DNA from: Minisyncoccia bacterium
GTDB lineage: Bacteria > Patescibacteriota > Minisyncoccia > Phycocordibacterales > UBA2100
Reading direction: 5' to 3'
DNA: 64,000 nucleotides
NCBI GenBank assembly: GCA_049297775.1
Contig: JBAQUX010000025.1
Coordinates: forward strand, 122,835-186,834
Shown: positions 1-10,310 of the stretch, in pieces
How the letters are laid out: the number at the start of each line of letters is the position of its first letter
Position numbering within the stretch: the first letter of the stretch is position 1
Notes under the pieces: model-generated
The model's input: the letters and a program-made list of their open reading frames with translations, nothing else
What the model was told of the DNA's origin: nothing
Databases searched by the model: none
Position numbers and translations under genes: made by a program

Positions 1-1453
1 TCCTTTCCTTCTTGCCGTTCAAGCTCCGTCTTCTTTGTTGTTGCAGTAATATATTTGCGTACATCTTGTGCGTTACTCAGAAGCCCTGCGTGTGTGAGTG
101 CTTTTGTAACAAAGGGGTGCTCAGGTGCTAAGACCAAACAGGTAGCACCATAGAGCGTGTCAGGGCGAGTAGTAAATACTGGAATGCCGGGTAAAACATT
201 TTGAACAACGAACGGCTCATCACTTGAAGTAAAATGTATCTTTTTTGCTTTCGCTTCATGTATTTTTGCAGATATTTTTTCACTTAAGTACTCTATGTAT
301 TTACCTCGTTTCTCGTTTTCTAGCGAATCAGCAAGAATCTTTCTAAAACCAGCGAGTGATTTAATTTTCTCATAGTCACAGACCATAGTGAATGTTTTCC
401 AAAATGGTCTAGGTTGATCAGGGCTAAAGCGCTCTTCCATGGCCGGGGCAACGAGAATGAGTCCTGCAACCTTTATGTTCAACCGCTCTAGAACCTTCAT
501 TGCAACAACTGCGCCCAGTGAGTGCCCGACGATAATTGTATTTTCATCAATCGTGCATGAATCAATTACATACTGCACCTGCTCAATCTCCCTCGGCTTG
601 TCAGTATTCGGCATTTGAGGGCACTCCACGCTGTGTCCATTTTTCTCTAAAGATTTTTTCAAATTTGGGAGAAAATTTTTATCCGCCCTGCCTGTAAACC
701 CATGCAAAATAACGAAGTTTTCCTTTTTTGCATTAGAATTACTATTTACTACTTGAAAATTTATTTCTGCACCTTCACTTCTTCCAATCCAATTTCTTTG
801 AGAATCTTTAATAGCATCTGGCCAATCGAGTGGCGCGAGATCATCTACCAATCTATCTGCATATTGCGTTATGCGAATGTTCCATTGTGGCATCTCGCGT
901 TGGAGCACGTCACTACTGCATCGTTCACACGTACCTGAAACAACTTGCTCATTCGCAAGCACTGTCTTACATGAAGGGCACCAGTTTGCCATCGTTGGCT
1001 TTCGATACACCAAGCCTTTCTTGTAGAGTTGTAGGAACAAAGATTGTGTCCACTTATAGTATGCAGGATCACAAGTAATCACTTCACGATTCCAATCAAA
1101 CGAGGTACCCATAGACTCAATCTGCTTGCGCATATGCGCAATGTTCTTGTATGTCCATGTACGTGGATTAATGCCACGCTTTATCGCTGCGTTTTCTGCA
1201 GGAAGTCCGAATGCGTCAAAACCTATCGGGTATAGCACGTTCATTCCTTGCATGCGTCGGAAGCGCGTATACATGTCTGGGACTGCAAATGCGTACCAGT
1301 GCCCGACGTGCAAATTGCCAGATGGATATGGGAACTCAACGAGTACAAACTCGTTTTTCTTACCCTTTACGCTATCTTTAGTGGTGTACAATTTTTTCTT
1401 GGCCCATTCCTGCTGCCATTTTTTTTCTACACGAAGATGGTTGTACGATTTCA
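1..1453 (-). CDS. leuS: Leucyl-tRNA synthetase, N-terminal part (C-terminus runs off the window start). An in-frame ~185-aa YdeN/RBBP9-like serine-hydrolase domain (approx nt 200-750) sits between the catalytic-core segment ending RNWIGRSEGAEINFQV and the VFTTRPDT motif that opens the CP1 editing domain.
   Basis: My own minus-strand translation from ATG at 1453: MKSYNHLRVEKKWQQEWAKKK...EFPYPSGNLHVGHWYAFAVPDMYTRFRRMQGMNVLYPIGFDAFGLPAENAAIKRG (class I HxGH region), then ...MANWCPSCKTVLANEQV...QRNWIGRSEGAEINFQV, then ENFVILHGFTGRADKNF...TIIVGHSLGAVVAMKVLERL...GLILVAPA...IHFTSSDEPFV (GxSxG alpha/beta hydrolase), then VFTTRPDTLYGATCLVLAPEHPF. Frame continuity checked codon by codon for nt 1-840. 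The gene is absent from the ORF track because it is open at the window edge. Confidence 0.85.
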
Positions 1454-1460
1454 TACGCAC

Positions 1461-2138
1461 TTATTGTGTTGTTTCTACAAGCGGAGGTGCTTGAATTGTG
1501 CCGTCACAAGTATCTACCACGGTACCATCAGCAAGTGTCTGTATGCCACATTCAGGAGATACCATCTTAATTCCAGCATATTCAGAAATAACACTCGCTC
1601 CCGTAATCACAGCAAGTGTCACAACGATGGACCAGAACATACCCGTAGCAATAGCGGTTGTTGTTGAGCGACGTGTGCCCGCTGTAGCAACCTTAATTGC
1701 TTTATAGTACGCAAAAAATGTAAATGCAGCTGCAAGCACGTACACTGCAACAAGTGAGGGATTAACGAGCGTCTCCATGTATCCGTAATACCACTGGGAC
1801 AGCACATCGAGAATAGACCAGACGAGCGTGCCTGCGGCGAGAATATTCAAAGACTCACTATGAGAAAATCTTTCTGAAATATTTTGAGAAGAATAACGAG
1901 TGATAGCGTACATGAATCCAACGGTACAGCCGAGAGCAACGAGACCGATGCACACTGCATCTATGAGAGGATTTTCAAATAATGGCGGAGTAACATAATA
2001 GTATCCGAGTGCACTACCGATAAACGCGATAATACTGTGCGCTACTGGCCACTCACTATATCGACCGCGCTCGGGCGCCTTGAGCATAATAATTTCTATC
2101 GCTGTTTGGATGAGTTTCATACCTGTACGGTACCACAA
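1461..2138 (-). CDS. Hypothetical integral membrane protein (about 5 predicted TM helices)
   Basis: 225-aa ORF with several hydrophobic stretches and no recognisable family. Confidence 0.5.
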   Translation of the reverse strand: MWYRTGMKLIQTAIEIIMLKAPERGRYSEWPVAHSIIAFIGSALGYYYVTPPLFENPLIDAVCIGLVALGCTVGFMYAITRYSSQNISERFSHSESLNILAAGTLVWSILDVLSQWYYGYMETLVNPSLVAVYVLAAAFTFFAYYKAIKVATAGTRRSTTTAIATGMFWSIVVTLAVITGASVISEYAGIKMVSPECGIQTLADGTVVDTCDGTIQAPPLVETTQ

Positions 2139-2240
2139 AATTGAATATCAGCGCAAACTCATATTCGTCTTGAAACTACTATGACACGACAATTTGAAAA
2201 TGGCCGTGTTTTCACGCATAAAATGCGAAGTTACTGCAGA

Positions 2241-3341
2241 CTAGCTGTGCAAAAATTCCATCACGTCTCCGTCCTGAACTATGTATTCTTTTCCTTCAGT
2301 TCGAATAGCACCTTTTGAACGTGCTTCCGCCCATGAGCCTGCATCAAGTAATTTTTGCCAGTTACATGTTTCCGCTCGAATAAACTTATCTTTAAAATCA
2401 GTGTGTATGACACCCGCTGCTTCTGGCGCTGTTGCACCTACGGGGATTGTCCATGCGCGTGTCTCGACTTCCCCTGTGGTGAAGTACGACATGAGATTTA
2501 AGGTACGGTACCCTGCTTGTATGAGCGCATTCAAACCATCTTCAGTAACACCAAACCCGTCTCTAAACTCTGCACGCTCTGCGACAGACACATCCTTAAG
2601 CGAACGCTCAACACCCACATCTACAGTGACGACGGTTGCGTTACTTTCCTGTAAAAACTTTTGAAGACTCTGCCATCGTTCATCTTTAGTATCATCCAAA
2701 TTTTCTGCACCACTTTTTCTGTTCAGAATATACATGATTGGCTTCATGGTGAGCAGTGAGAGCTTTTTCACTTCGATAACCTCTTTGTCATCCAATGAGG
2801 CAGTACGTGCGAGCTTCCCGGCTTCGAGTACTGCAAATACTTTTGTAAGTGCACCATCAAGGAGCACTGCGTCTTTGTCGCCACGCTTTAAATCTCTACC
2901 ATTCGTCTCTTTGCGCTTAGCGACTGTTTGCATATCTGCCAATATGAGCTCGAGATTTATCACTTCTACATCCTGCATGGGATCAACTTTTCCATGCACG
3001 TGAATAACATCGGTATCTTCAAAGATGCGCACTACTTCTGCAATGGCATCGACTTCACGTATGTTTGCAAGAAACGCATTGCCGAGACCTTCACCTTCTG
3101 AAGCACCTTTGACGAGTCCGGCGATATCAACAAACTCAACAATGGCAGGAACGATTTTTTTGGTGTTTGACATTATCGAAAGCTTGTCGAGTCTTATATC
3201 TGGAACAGCGACAACGCCCACTGATGGGTCAATGGTGCAGAATGGATAATTTTCTGCAGGAACGGACTTCTCGGTGAGAGCATTAAAGAGTGTAGATTTG
3301 CCCACATTAGGGAGGCCGACAATACCAATTTTAAGTGACAT
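2241..3341 (-). CDS. ychF: Ribosome-binding ATPase YchF (Obg-family GTPase with a TGS-like C-terminus)
   Basis: [23 protein letters not shown]... G1 motif, a YchF-type coiled insert, and the C-terminal [14 protein letters not shown] typical of YchF. Confidence 0.88.
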   Translation of the reverse strand: MSLKIGIVGLPNVGKSTLFNALTEKSVPAENYPFCTIDPSVGVVAVPDIRLDKLSIMSNTKKIVPAIVEFVDIAGLVKGASEGEGLGNAFLANIREVDAIAEVVRIFEDTDVIHVHGKVDPMQDVEVINLELILADMQTVAKRKETNGRDLKRGDKDAVLLDGALTKVFAVLEAGKLARTASLDDKEVIEVKKLSLLTMKPIMYILNRKSGAENLDDTKDERWQSLQKFLQESNATVVTVDVGVERSLKDVSVAERAEFRDGFGVTEDGLNALIQAGYRTLNLMSYFTTGEVETRAWTIPVGATAPEAAGVIHTDFKDKFIRAETCNWQKLLDAGSWAEARSKGAIRTEGKEYIVQDGDVMEFLHS

Positions 3342-3410
3342 AGAAATATATAACGATTATGCAATAACGCCCGTATCGTACGTGATTTTTAAAGATTTAG
3401 CAAAGCAGAT

Positions 3411-3442
3411 ATTAAAAAGAGGTCGCCACGGGTGTAGCGACC
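3411..3442 (-). terminator. Rho-independent terminator (minus-strand sense)
   Basis: Hairpin ggtcgc-cacgggtgta-gcgacc followed on the minus strand by tcttttt. Confidence 0.6.
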
Positions 3443-3678
3443 TCACGCTCACTTCTTTCTCTTACAGCCTTTCGGCTTTGCACCTTTGGTTGGGGGTGGC
3501 CTGGTTTCTACCCAGACCAAGAGACCAAAAAATGCACCATTCAGACAGACGAGCGCTAACAGCCAGCACCACCACATGGCACTAACCCTTTATGCTAAGA
3601 ACTGCCCCCTTACCCTCTTGACCGAAGGGAGTATACGGCTGAGGGGAATGGTACTCCTAACCTACATAGATGCAAGCA

Positions 3679-3709
3679 CAAAAAAGGAGTCACTACGACT
3701 CCTTTTTTC
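3679..3709. terminator. Bidirectional rho-independent terminator
   Basis: aaaaaaGGAGTCactacGACTCCtttttt: 6-bp GC-rich stem flanked by an A-run and a T-run; lies downstream of the 3726..3983 minus gene. Confidence 0.65.
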
Positions 3710-3725
3710 TACACGGTGCACACTA

Positions 3726-3983
3726 TTAAAATGGTCGTATTTTTTGCTGTGGCTGGACACCCATGACTGCCTGTAGTTCTTTTTGATATTTCTTCATCAC
3801 TTCCATCATTGCTGACATCTGATGTTCACCCTTCTTAACTCGCGCGTCCATTTCACCTGCAATCTTTTGGAAAAGTTCAGGATTTTTTTCCACTAATTGC
3901 ATAATCATATTCTGGGTCTCCTCAGGAACACCCTTCATCTGTGATTGAATAACTTTTTTTGTAAGATAACTTTTGATTCCCAT
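3726..3983 (-). CDS. Small hypothetical protein (~85 aa from MGIKSYLTKK...; the track ORF extends to 4070)
   Basis: Charged, helical-looking sequence LTKKVIQSQMKGVPEETQNMIMQLVEKNPELFQKIAGEMDARVKKGEHQ...; followed by a terminator; no family recognised. Confidence 0.45.
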   Translation of the reverse strand: MGIKSYLTKKVIQSQMKGVPEETQNMIMQLVEKNPELFQKIAGEMDARVKKGEHQMSAMMEVMKKYQKELQAVMGVQPQQKIRPF

Positions 3984-4367
3984 ACGAGTAGTATACGTTA
4001 GTAATAATGTTTTAAAAGATAATGATGGTCGCGCAACGTGATGTTGCGCGACCAGTACGCAACAAGTCATTGGACTTACTCGAAAACAGCATCTCTGAAG
4101 ACTGCGGGCATCTCAGTTGGCTCACTCAGTACACCTGACGGTCCGTCACTACCCATACCGAGTAGAAACGTATTGTGCAGGTCATCAAACCCTTGTGGGG
4201 TTATACCGTCCGAGTTTGACCCCGACGGGAGTGGATTCCTGAGTCCTTCTTCAGGTCTACTTTCTGCGAAGCATCTTCCCACGACTATTCTCCGTTGCTG
4301 GCGCGTACGTGCAGTGATAGGCGCACGTACGTGGGAAAAATAGCATGTATTAAATAAACTTCAACAA

Positions 4368-5489
4368 TTACATCCCTGGAGGTGGTAATACCAAACCTTC
4401 GGGCTCGAAATGCACCTCACGCGCACCATTTTCAACAACACCAATATCAACCAAATCATACCCTGCACTCTTACCTATCTCTAATGTGCGCGCTACTTCA
4501 TGTGCAGGAATAAAGAGGTAGTACCCAATTCCCCAGTTAAATGTTTTTACACAATCAAGTAAAGACACCCCGCATCGCTCTTTCACAAACGTAAAGAGTG
4601 GCGGCACCGGCACCCATGAGTGGACGCGGTAGGTATATGGCCTATCATCAAATGCGAGCTTTGCGATACCACTTCCCGTGCCAGGAAGTAACGCAGCAAT
4701 CTCAACATCAGCCTTAAGTAAATTTTCTATGAGAGCCACATATGAGCGTGTAGGTATCAGCACTTCTGCACCAAGAGTATTTCCGTTTTCTAGCTTTGTT
4801 AAAAATTGCTCTGGGAGCTCAAGTGCCTTTTTTATTACGAGCGAAATACCATTTGCGTGAATTCCGGATGACGGTACGCCAATGATGTGACATCCTGCGG
4901 AGAGCTTTTCTCCGGTAATAATTTTTTCTTTTGGTGCAATAATTCCCGTAACACAGCCCGAGAGAGATGGCGCACTTTTTACTGGGGGTTCTGCCTTAAT
5001 GAGATACTTGAGTGCTGGTGACTCGCCCGCTGGTAATGCCATGCCCACCTCTTTACAGACAGAAACAAAACCGCGAGCCAAATCTTGCGCGCGCCGTTCA
5101 TCGGCAAACCATTCACTGTCTCCTGCCGCTACTTCATCGGTATACACCACAGGCATGGCGCCTTGCGCAATAACATCATTCACCGCCATTAACGCCGTAT
5201 CTATTGCCATAGCATCATAATATGTTGGCCCTTCAGGATTACGCGCATACATCCATTCTGCTATCCAGTTCTTATTCCCAAGACCTTCTTGAGTATTACA
5301 CCAGCGATGTGATTGCGTCCCTCTATATTCATAGACACCTCCATGTGAGTGCAGGACGCTTTTGTCGATATATACATCTCGAGCATTAGGAAAATTAAGT
5401 GTTTGTTTTCCTGCAGCAATCATCGCATGCTTGAATGGTTCAAGCTTTGTATAGTCTACTCCTGCTTTTGCGTATTCAGATTGAGCCAT
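4368..5489 (-). CDS. purM: AIR-synthase-related protein, probably phosphoribosylformylglycinamidine cyclo-ligase (divergent PurM)
   Basis: N-terminal YAKAGVDY, a PurM/HypE/ThiL-type fold, 373 aa, and its position inside a pur gene cluster. Confidence 0.6.
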   Translation of the reverse strand: MAQSEYAKAGVDYTKLEPFKHAMIAAGKQTLNFPNARDVYIDKSVLHSHGGVYEYRGTQSHRWCNTQEGLGNKNWIAEWMYARNPEGPTYYDAMAIDTALMAVNDVIAQGAMPVVYTDEVAAGDSEWFADERRAQDLARGFVSVCKEVGMALPAGESPALKYLIKAEPPVKSAPSLSGCVTGIIAPKEKIITGEKLSAGCHIIGVPSSGIHANGISLVIKKALELPEQFLTKLENGNTLGAEVLIPTRSYVALIENLLKADVEIAALLPGTGSGIAKLAFDDRPYTYRVHSWVPVPPLFTFVKERCGVSLLDCVKTFNWGIGYYLFIPAHEVARTLEIGKSAGYDLVDIGVVENGAREVHFEPEGLVLPPPGM

Positions 5490-5491
5490 AC

Positions 5492-6895
5492 TTAATTCTT
5501 AAATTTTGATTTAGCAATTTTTTCAGCAAGACCGATATACGTGACGGGAGTTATTGCGAGCAATTCATTTTTCACTTTTTGTGAGACCGGAAGCGTATGT
5601 ATGAATGTACTGATGCGCTCCAGTGTCATAGTCTCACCACGAGTTAACTCTTTAAGTTGCTCATACGCATTACTAATGCCTTCACGCTTTAATACTGTTT
5701 GCAGTGCCTCTGCGATTACCTCTACATGCTCTCTGAGTACATTTTCTACCAGTGTTGTATTTACTTCTGCTCGACTAAACCCCTTGATGAGGGACGTGAA
5801 CGCGAGCACGCTGTGCGAAAATGCTGTACCAACCGAACGCATGACTGTCGAATCTGAAAGGTCACGCTGGAGACGAGACACGGGAAGCTTTGTAGAAAAA
5901 TGTGTAAAAAGTGCGTTGCCAATACCAAGGTTCCCTTCAGCGTTTTCGAACTGTATCGGGTTTACTTTATGTGGCATTGCTGAAGAGCCAATCTCTCCCG
6001 AAACCTTTTTTTGCACGAGCCAACCATCACTGATGTAGCGCCACATATCCTGAGCACAATCGAGTGCAATAACATTGATGCGACGACACGCATCAAAAAT
6101 TTCTGCGTATGTATCATGCGGTTCAATTTGAGTGGTGACCAAGTTTGGAATAAGAAGTATGTAATTTTTCTTGGTATTCAGGCCATCAATAAATTTCTGA
6201 GTGAATGCAATCCAATCAATCTTAGGGTACGCAACAGCGTGCGCAGCATAGGTACCCGTTGCACCATTTAACTTTGCGTTAATGGTCATGCGTTTTAAAT
6301 TCTGCAATTGCTGAGAAAGGCGCGATTCAAAGACGCGAAATTCCTTTCCGAAAGTAGATGGCGTCGCTGTCTGTCCGTGAGTACGTGAGAGAAAAGGAAG
6401 TCCCGCATACGTAAGCGCTCGTGCATTGAGCTCTGCTCGCACCACCTCGACATGTGGAATATACACTTGCTCAAGCGCGTCACGAATCATGAGTGCGTAC
6501 GCGCAATTATTTATATCTTCGGACGTCAACCCAAAATGTATGAAATGCGCCAACGGCTGTAGCGTAGTCTGTTCAATTTTTAGTTTGATAAAATACTCAA
6601 CAGCCTTCACGTCATGATTTGTTGCGGGTATACCCTTGTACCCGGTACGTTCGATTCTCTGCACACATATACAGTCTTCTAAGGTTGGATGTGCAATTTC
6701 GTCCAGGAGGGTGACCTCACTCTTGGTGAGCGCTCGAGGCGCAACACCTTTTGTCTTCATGAGTAATTTAAAATACGCAATTTCAACAAACACGCGATAC
6801 TGAATCAGTGCTGACTCGCTAAAAAATGGCGCTAATTTCTTTGACTCTTCTGTGTACCGTCCATCAATCGGACTCACGGCAAGGAGTGGGTTCAT
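5492..6895 (-). CDS. purB: Adenylosuccinate lyase
   Basis: N-terminal SPIDGRY motif, fumarate-lyase family length (467 aa), pur cluster context. Confidence 0.88.
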   Translation of the reverse strand: MNPLLAVSPIDGRYTEESKKLAPFFSESALIQYRVFVEIAYFKLLMKTKGVAPRALTKSEVTLLDEIAHPTLEDCICVQRIERTGYKGIPATNHDVKAVEYFIKLKIEQTTLQPLAHFIHFGLTSEDINNCAYALMIRDALEQVYIPHVEVVRAELNARALTYAGLPFLSRTHGQTATPSTFGKEFRVFESRLSQQLQNLKRMTINAKLNGATGTYAAHAVAYPKIDWIAFTQKFIDGLNTKKNYILLIPNLVTTQIEPHDTYAEIFDACRRINVIALDCAQDMWRYISDGWLVQKKVSGEIGSSAMPHKVNPIQFENAEGNLGIGNALFTHFSTKLPVSRLQRDLSDSTVMRSVGTAFSHSVLAFTSLIKGFSRAEVNTTLVENVLREHVEVIAEALQTVLKREGISNAYEQLKELTRGETMTLERISTFIHTLPVSQKVKNELLAITPVTYIGLAEKIAKSKFKN

Positions 6896-6898
6896 ACG

Positions 6899-7846
6899 TT
6901 ATGCAGTAAAATAATTAGTAAGGTTTGACTCAATTCTTGCAGAAATGTCCCCAGTAGCATGCGGAACGAACTGCTCTCCAAGCAACTGCTCGTAAATATG
7001 CATATAACGTCTCGACAGCTCTGTAATCATTTCTGCTGGTGCCTCTGGCAATGGTGCGTCTCCGTACGGATCGCAATTCGCCTTAAACCAGAGTCGTAAA
7101 AATTCTTTGTCGAAATTTTCTGGCTCAAGCCCGGCCGTAATACGTTCTTGGTATGAATGCAGTTGCCAGTAGCGCGATGAGTCTGGTGTGTGAATCTCAT
7201 CAATAAGCATGAGCTCGCCTTCAGGAGTAACGCCAAACTCATACTTTGTGTCGACAAGAATTAAGCCTCTGTCCTTGGCTATGAGTTGACCACGTGCAAA
7301 TAGTTCAAGTGCTACGCGCTCTACCTCACTCCAGAGCGACTCGGGTACATGCCCTTCACTAATAATTTCTTCACGCGTGATTGGCCTATCATGTGTATCA
7401 GACTTCGTTGTTGGCGTGAGTAATGCGTGAGGCAATTGCGCATTTTTTTGCAAACCATCTGGCAGTGTCACACCACCAAAATTTCGCTCACCACTAGTAT
7501 AGAGTGTCCAGAGCGCAGTGCTCGTTACACCGGTAATATATCCACGCACCACCACCTCAATTGGAAGCACAGAACATTTTTTGACTACGATTGCATTTGG
7601 GTCTGGCCAGCCAATAAGATGATTTTGAATAATATTTCGTGTCTTCTCAAACCAAAAATTACTGATGGCTGTAAGGACTGCACCTTTGTGCGGGATGAGC
7701 GCCAAATTTCTATCAAATGCAGAGTACCGATCTGTTGCGACGAGGGTGATAGTATCTTCTTGTATATATACATCGCGCACCTTGCCTTGCACTCGTGTAC
7801 CAAAATTTTTGAAGTCCGTTTTTTCAAGTGTCATAGTCTGTTCCAT
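6899..7846 (-). CDS. purC: SAICAR synthetase (long form, ~315 aa)
   Basis: VRDVY...LVATDRYSAFD...LILVDTKYEFG motifs of PurC. Confidence 0.85.
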   Translation of the reverse strand: MEQTMTLEKTDFKNFGTRVQGKVRDVYIQEDTITLVATDRYSAFDRNLALIPHKGAVLTAISNFWFEKTRNIIQNHLIGWPDPNAIVVKKCSVLPIEVVVRGYITGVTSTALWTLYTSGERNFGGVTLPDGLQKNAQLPHALLTPTTKSDTHDRPITREEIISEGHVPESLWSEVERVALELFARGQLIAKDRGLILVDTKYEFGVTPEGELMLIDEIHTPDSSRYWQLHSYQERITAGLEPENFDKEFLRLWFKANCDPYGDAPLPEAPAEMITELSRRYMHIYEQLLGEQFVPHATGDISARIESNLTNYFTA

Positions 7847-7849
7847 ACA

Positions 7850-8365
7850 TTATATGTGAAGGTATGCATCAACCCCTTTTTCTTTTAGTGAATCGATTTT
7901 TGCGCATACCGCGTCATGCATGTCAGTTCGATACTTTTTTAACGCATCACGAACATGCACATCTGAAACACCAAGGATTTGTGCGGCGAGTATGCCAGCA
8001 TTCTTTGCACCGTTAATGGCGACAGTAGCAACAGGAACCCCTGGTGGCATTTGTACAATTGAGTGCAATGAATCTACTCCTGACAGGCTTTTGGTTTGTA
8101 TGGGTACCCCGATAACTGGAAGATGCGTGAGCGACGCGGTCATTCCAGGTAGATGCGCTGCGCCACCTGCACCGGCTATAATTACTGAAAGCCCCTTTTC
8201 TTCCGCCTGTGTTGCATATGTAAACATGCGCTCGGGTGTCCTATGTGCTGAGACGATAGTAATTTCGTATGGAACACCAAGCACATCAAGCACATCTGCA
8301 GCTTCTTTCATCACAGATAAATCTGAATCTGAACCCATTATTATGCCAATGCGTGGTGAACTCAT
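7850..8365 (-). CDS. purE: N5-carboxyaminoimidazole ribonucleotide mutase
   Basis: [11 protein letters not shown]...[14 protein letters not shown] PurE signature. Confidence 0.9.
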   Translation of the reverse strand: MSSPRIGIIMGSDSDLSVMKEAADVLDVLGVPYEITIVSAHRTPERMFTYATQAEEKGLSVIIAGAGGAAHLPGMTASLTHLPVIGVPIQTKSLSGVDSLHSIVQMPPGVPVATVAINGAKNAGILAAQILGVSDVHVRDALKKYRTDMHDAVCAKIDSLKEKGVDAYLHI

Positions 8366-8373
8366 AATTGTTA

Positions 8374-9501
8374 TTAAATATGTATTAATTTTCTTGCCAG
8401 CTCTGCTTTCTGTTGTACCTCGCTCAGTGTATCACCCACCACCGTCACATGCCCCATTTTACGCTCAATTTTAGTATCTGCTTTTCCATATATGTGCACT
8501 GATACATTTCCCAGTGCCTCAGCCTCTTCCACGCCAACGGGGTTTGCAGGGGCATTTCTATCACCCAGTATATTTACCATCACGGAAGCAGGGTGTTTTT
8601 GCTGGACGGAACCAAGTGGCAAGCCAGCAACTGCACGGATATGATTTTCAAATTGTGAGGTGTCACATCCTTCAATCGTCCAATGACCGGAATTGTGCAC
8701 CCGAGGCGCTATCTCATTTACTAATACTTTCCCATCATATAAAAACATTTCTACAGCAAATACACCGGCACCTGTAAACGCCGAGAGCACACGTTCAGCG
8801 ATATCATGCGCCTGCTTTGCGATATCTGCTGAAACCGGAGCTGGCACAAGGGTCATGTGACAAATATGATTTTGGTGAATTGTTTCAACGATTGGATACA
8901 CTGCTTTTTGACCATCCTTTGTCCTCACGGCAACAACAGCGAGCTCCTTTTCAAAGGGAATCATTTTTTCTGCGTAGAGAGCTCCGCTACCTAATGCAGC
9001 TATTGTCGTTTCGATAACTTCTGGAGAAGTAACTGTTCTATTTCCTCTACCGTCATATCCGCCACTTCTTGCCTTGAGCACGTACGGGTATCCAAATATT
9101 TCACCTGCACGTAACGCATCTTCCTTAGATGCAATCTGCATAAAGTCACCTACTGGAATACCAGCATTCTGCAGTAGTTGCTTTTGCGTAAGTTTATCTT
9201 TAATGATTAGCAATGTATCTGGGTTTGGATGTACTTCAAATCCTGATGTGACGAGCTCTTGAAGTGCGGGTAGATTTGCAGACTCTATTTCAAACGTCAT
9301 GACGTCACACTGCTTCGCAAGTTCAGTTACCGGTGCATGCTCTGTAAAATTACCCACAACCGCGACATCTGCCACCTGGCCCGCCGGACCACGTGCTGAA
9401 GGGTCTAGGACAACTGTGCGCACGCCTAGAGTACGCGCAGCATCTGCGAGCATTCTTCCCAACTGTCCTCCTCCAACTATACCGACAGTTTTTTCTTTCA
9501 T
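8374..9501 (-). CDS. purK: N5-CAIR synthetase (ATP-grasp)
   Basis: [13 protein letters not shown]... ATP-grasp N-terminus, 375 aa, adjacent to purE. Confidence 0.85.
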   Translation of the reverse strand: MKEKTVGIVGGGQLGRMLADAARTLGVRTVVLDPSARGPAGQVADVAVVGNFTEHAPVTELAKQCDVMTFEIESANLPALQELVTSGFEVHPNPDTLLIIKDKLTQKQLLQNAGIPVGDFMQIASKEDALRAGEIFGYPYVLKARSGGYDGRGNRTVTSPEVIETTIAALGSGALYAEKMIPFEKELAVVAVRTKDGQKAVYPIVETIHQNHICHMTLVPAPVSADIAKQAHDIAERVLSAFTGAGVFAVEMFLYDGKVLVNEIAPRVHNSGHWTIEGCDTSQFENHIRAVAGLPLGSVQQKHPASVMVNILGDRNAPANPVGVEEAEALGNVSVHIYGKADTKIERKMGHVTVVGDTLSEVQQKAELARKLIHI

Positions 9502-9502
9502 A

Positions 9503-10309
9503 TTAAAAATTTTTCTTGCAGTATTCGACTGCGTTTCTAAAGACTTTTACACCCGGTCCTTCGGTTGGAATTTTCTTATTCTTTCTTTTGAGTGCATCCT
9601 TCTTGTTTGTCCAGTTAGGAAGTTGAGTAAAAAAGAGTGCACGTTCCGGATGAGGCATAAGTCCAAAAACTCTGCCACCATGCGCTGTTACACCGGCTAT
9701 ATTTTTTAACGCGCCATTCGGGTTTGCAGGTAATGAATACTCATGACACATTTCTCCGCTTACATACTCTCCGGCAATACCACCACTCTTCTTAAGTGCC
9801 TGCATACCTTTTGTATCAATCATATATCTCCCTTCGCCGTGCGCAATCGGTAGCGCGACAGTACCAAGACCCATTGTCCATGGACTCGTGTTTGAGAATG
9901 CGACATCTACCCATCTCGTAAGATAGCGAGCGCCTGTATTGTGTAGCAACACTCCTGGAACCAGACCAAGCGCCGAGATTATTTGGAACCCATTACAAAT
10001 ACCAATAACAAGACCACCTCGTGCGATAAAAGCATCAAGCTCATTTTTTAGCCCTGAAGATACAATGTGTGCATACGCTTTTCCAGAACCCATATGATCA
10101 CCAAATGAGAACCCACCAGGAAACGCGATGATGTGTACCTTTTCTAAAAGTGATGGGTTAGCACAGACATCATTAATATGTCGCACCGTAGCCTCTGCAC
10201 CTACATAGTTAAACGCGTATGCCGTCTCTTCCTCACAGTTAATCCCAAACCCACAGAGCACGAGCACCTGAGGTTTCTTTATTTTTCTACGTGTGCGTGT
10301 ATCTTTCAT
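9503..10309 (-). CDS. purQ: FGAM synthase glutamine-amidotransferase subunit
   Basis: VLVLCGFGINCEEE...GGFSFGD...ICNGFQ...HPER class-I GATase motifs. Start taken as MKDTRTRRK at 10309, directly after the purL stop; the track ORF extends upstream in an overlap frame. Confidence 0.85.
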   Translation of the reverse strand: MKDTRTRRKIKKPQVLVLCGFGINCEEETAYAFNYVGAEATVRHINDVCANPSLLEKVHIIAFPGGFSFGDHMGSGKAYAHIVSSGLKNELDAFIARGGLVIGICNGFQIISALGLVPGVLLHNTGARYLTRWVDVAFSNTSPWTMGLGTVALPIAHGEGRYMIDTKGMQALKKSGGIAGEYVSGEMCHEYSLPANPNGALKNIAGVTAHGGRVFGLMPHPERALFFTQLPNWTNKKDALKRKNKKIPTEGPGVKVFRNAVEYCKKNF

Positions 10310-10310
10310 A

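Noticed and set aside
2281-2664. 127-aa plus-strand ORF
   Set aside because: It lies entirely antisense within the well-supported ychF gene and its sequence is low-complexity Ser/Ala-rich; a spurious ORF.
3400-3720. Attempt to assign the noncoding stretch to tmRNA, SRP RNA, RNase P RNA or 6S RNA
   Set aside because: By eye I found no tRNA-like 3' end with a T-loop, no SRP domain-IV GGAA/AGCAG symmetric loop, and no RNase P P4 sequence. I left it as an unassigned candidate sRNA rather than naming an RNA family.
3274-3776. Plus-strand ORFs 3274..3585 and 3486..3776
   Set aside because: They overlap the ychF start and two terminator hairpins, their translations are biased (H/T/L-rich) with no motif, and the region reads better as noncoding.
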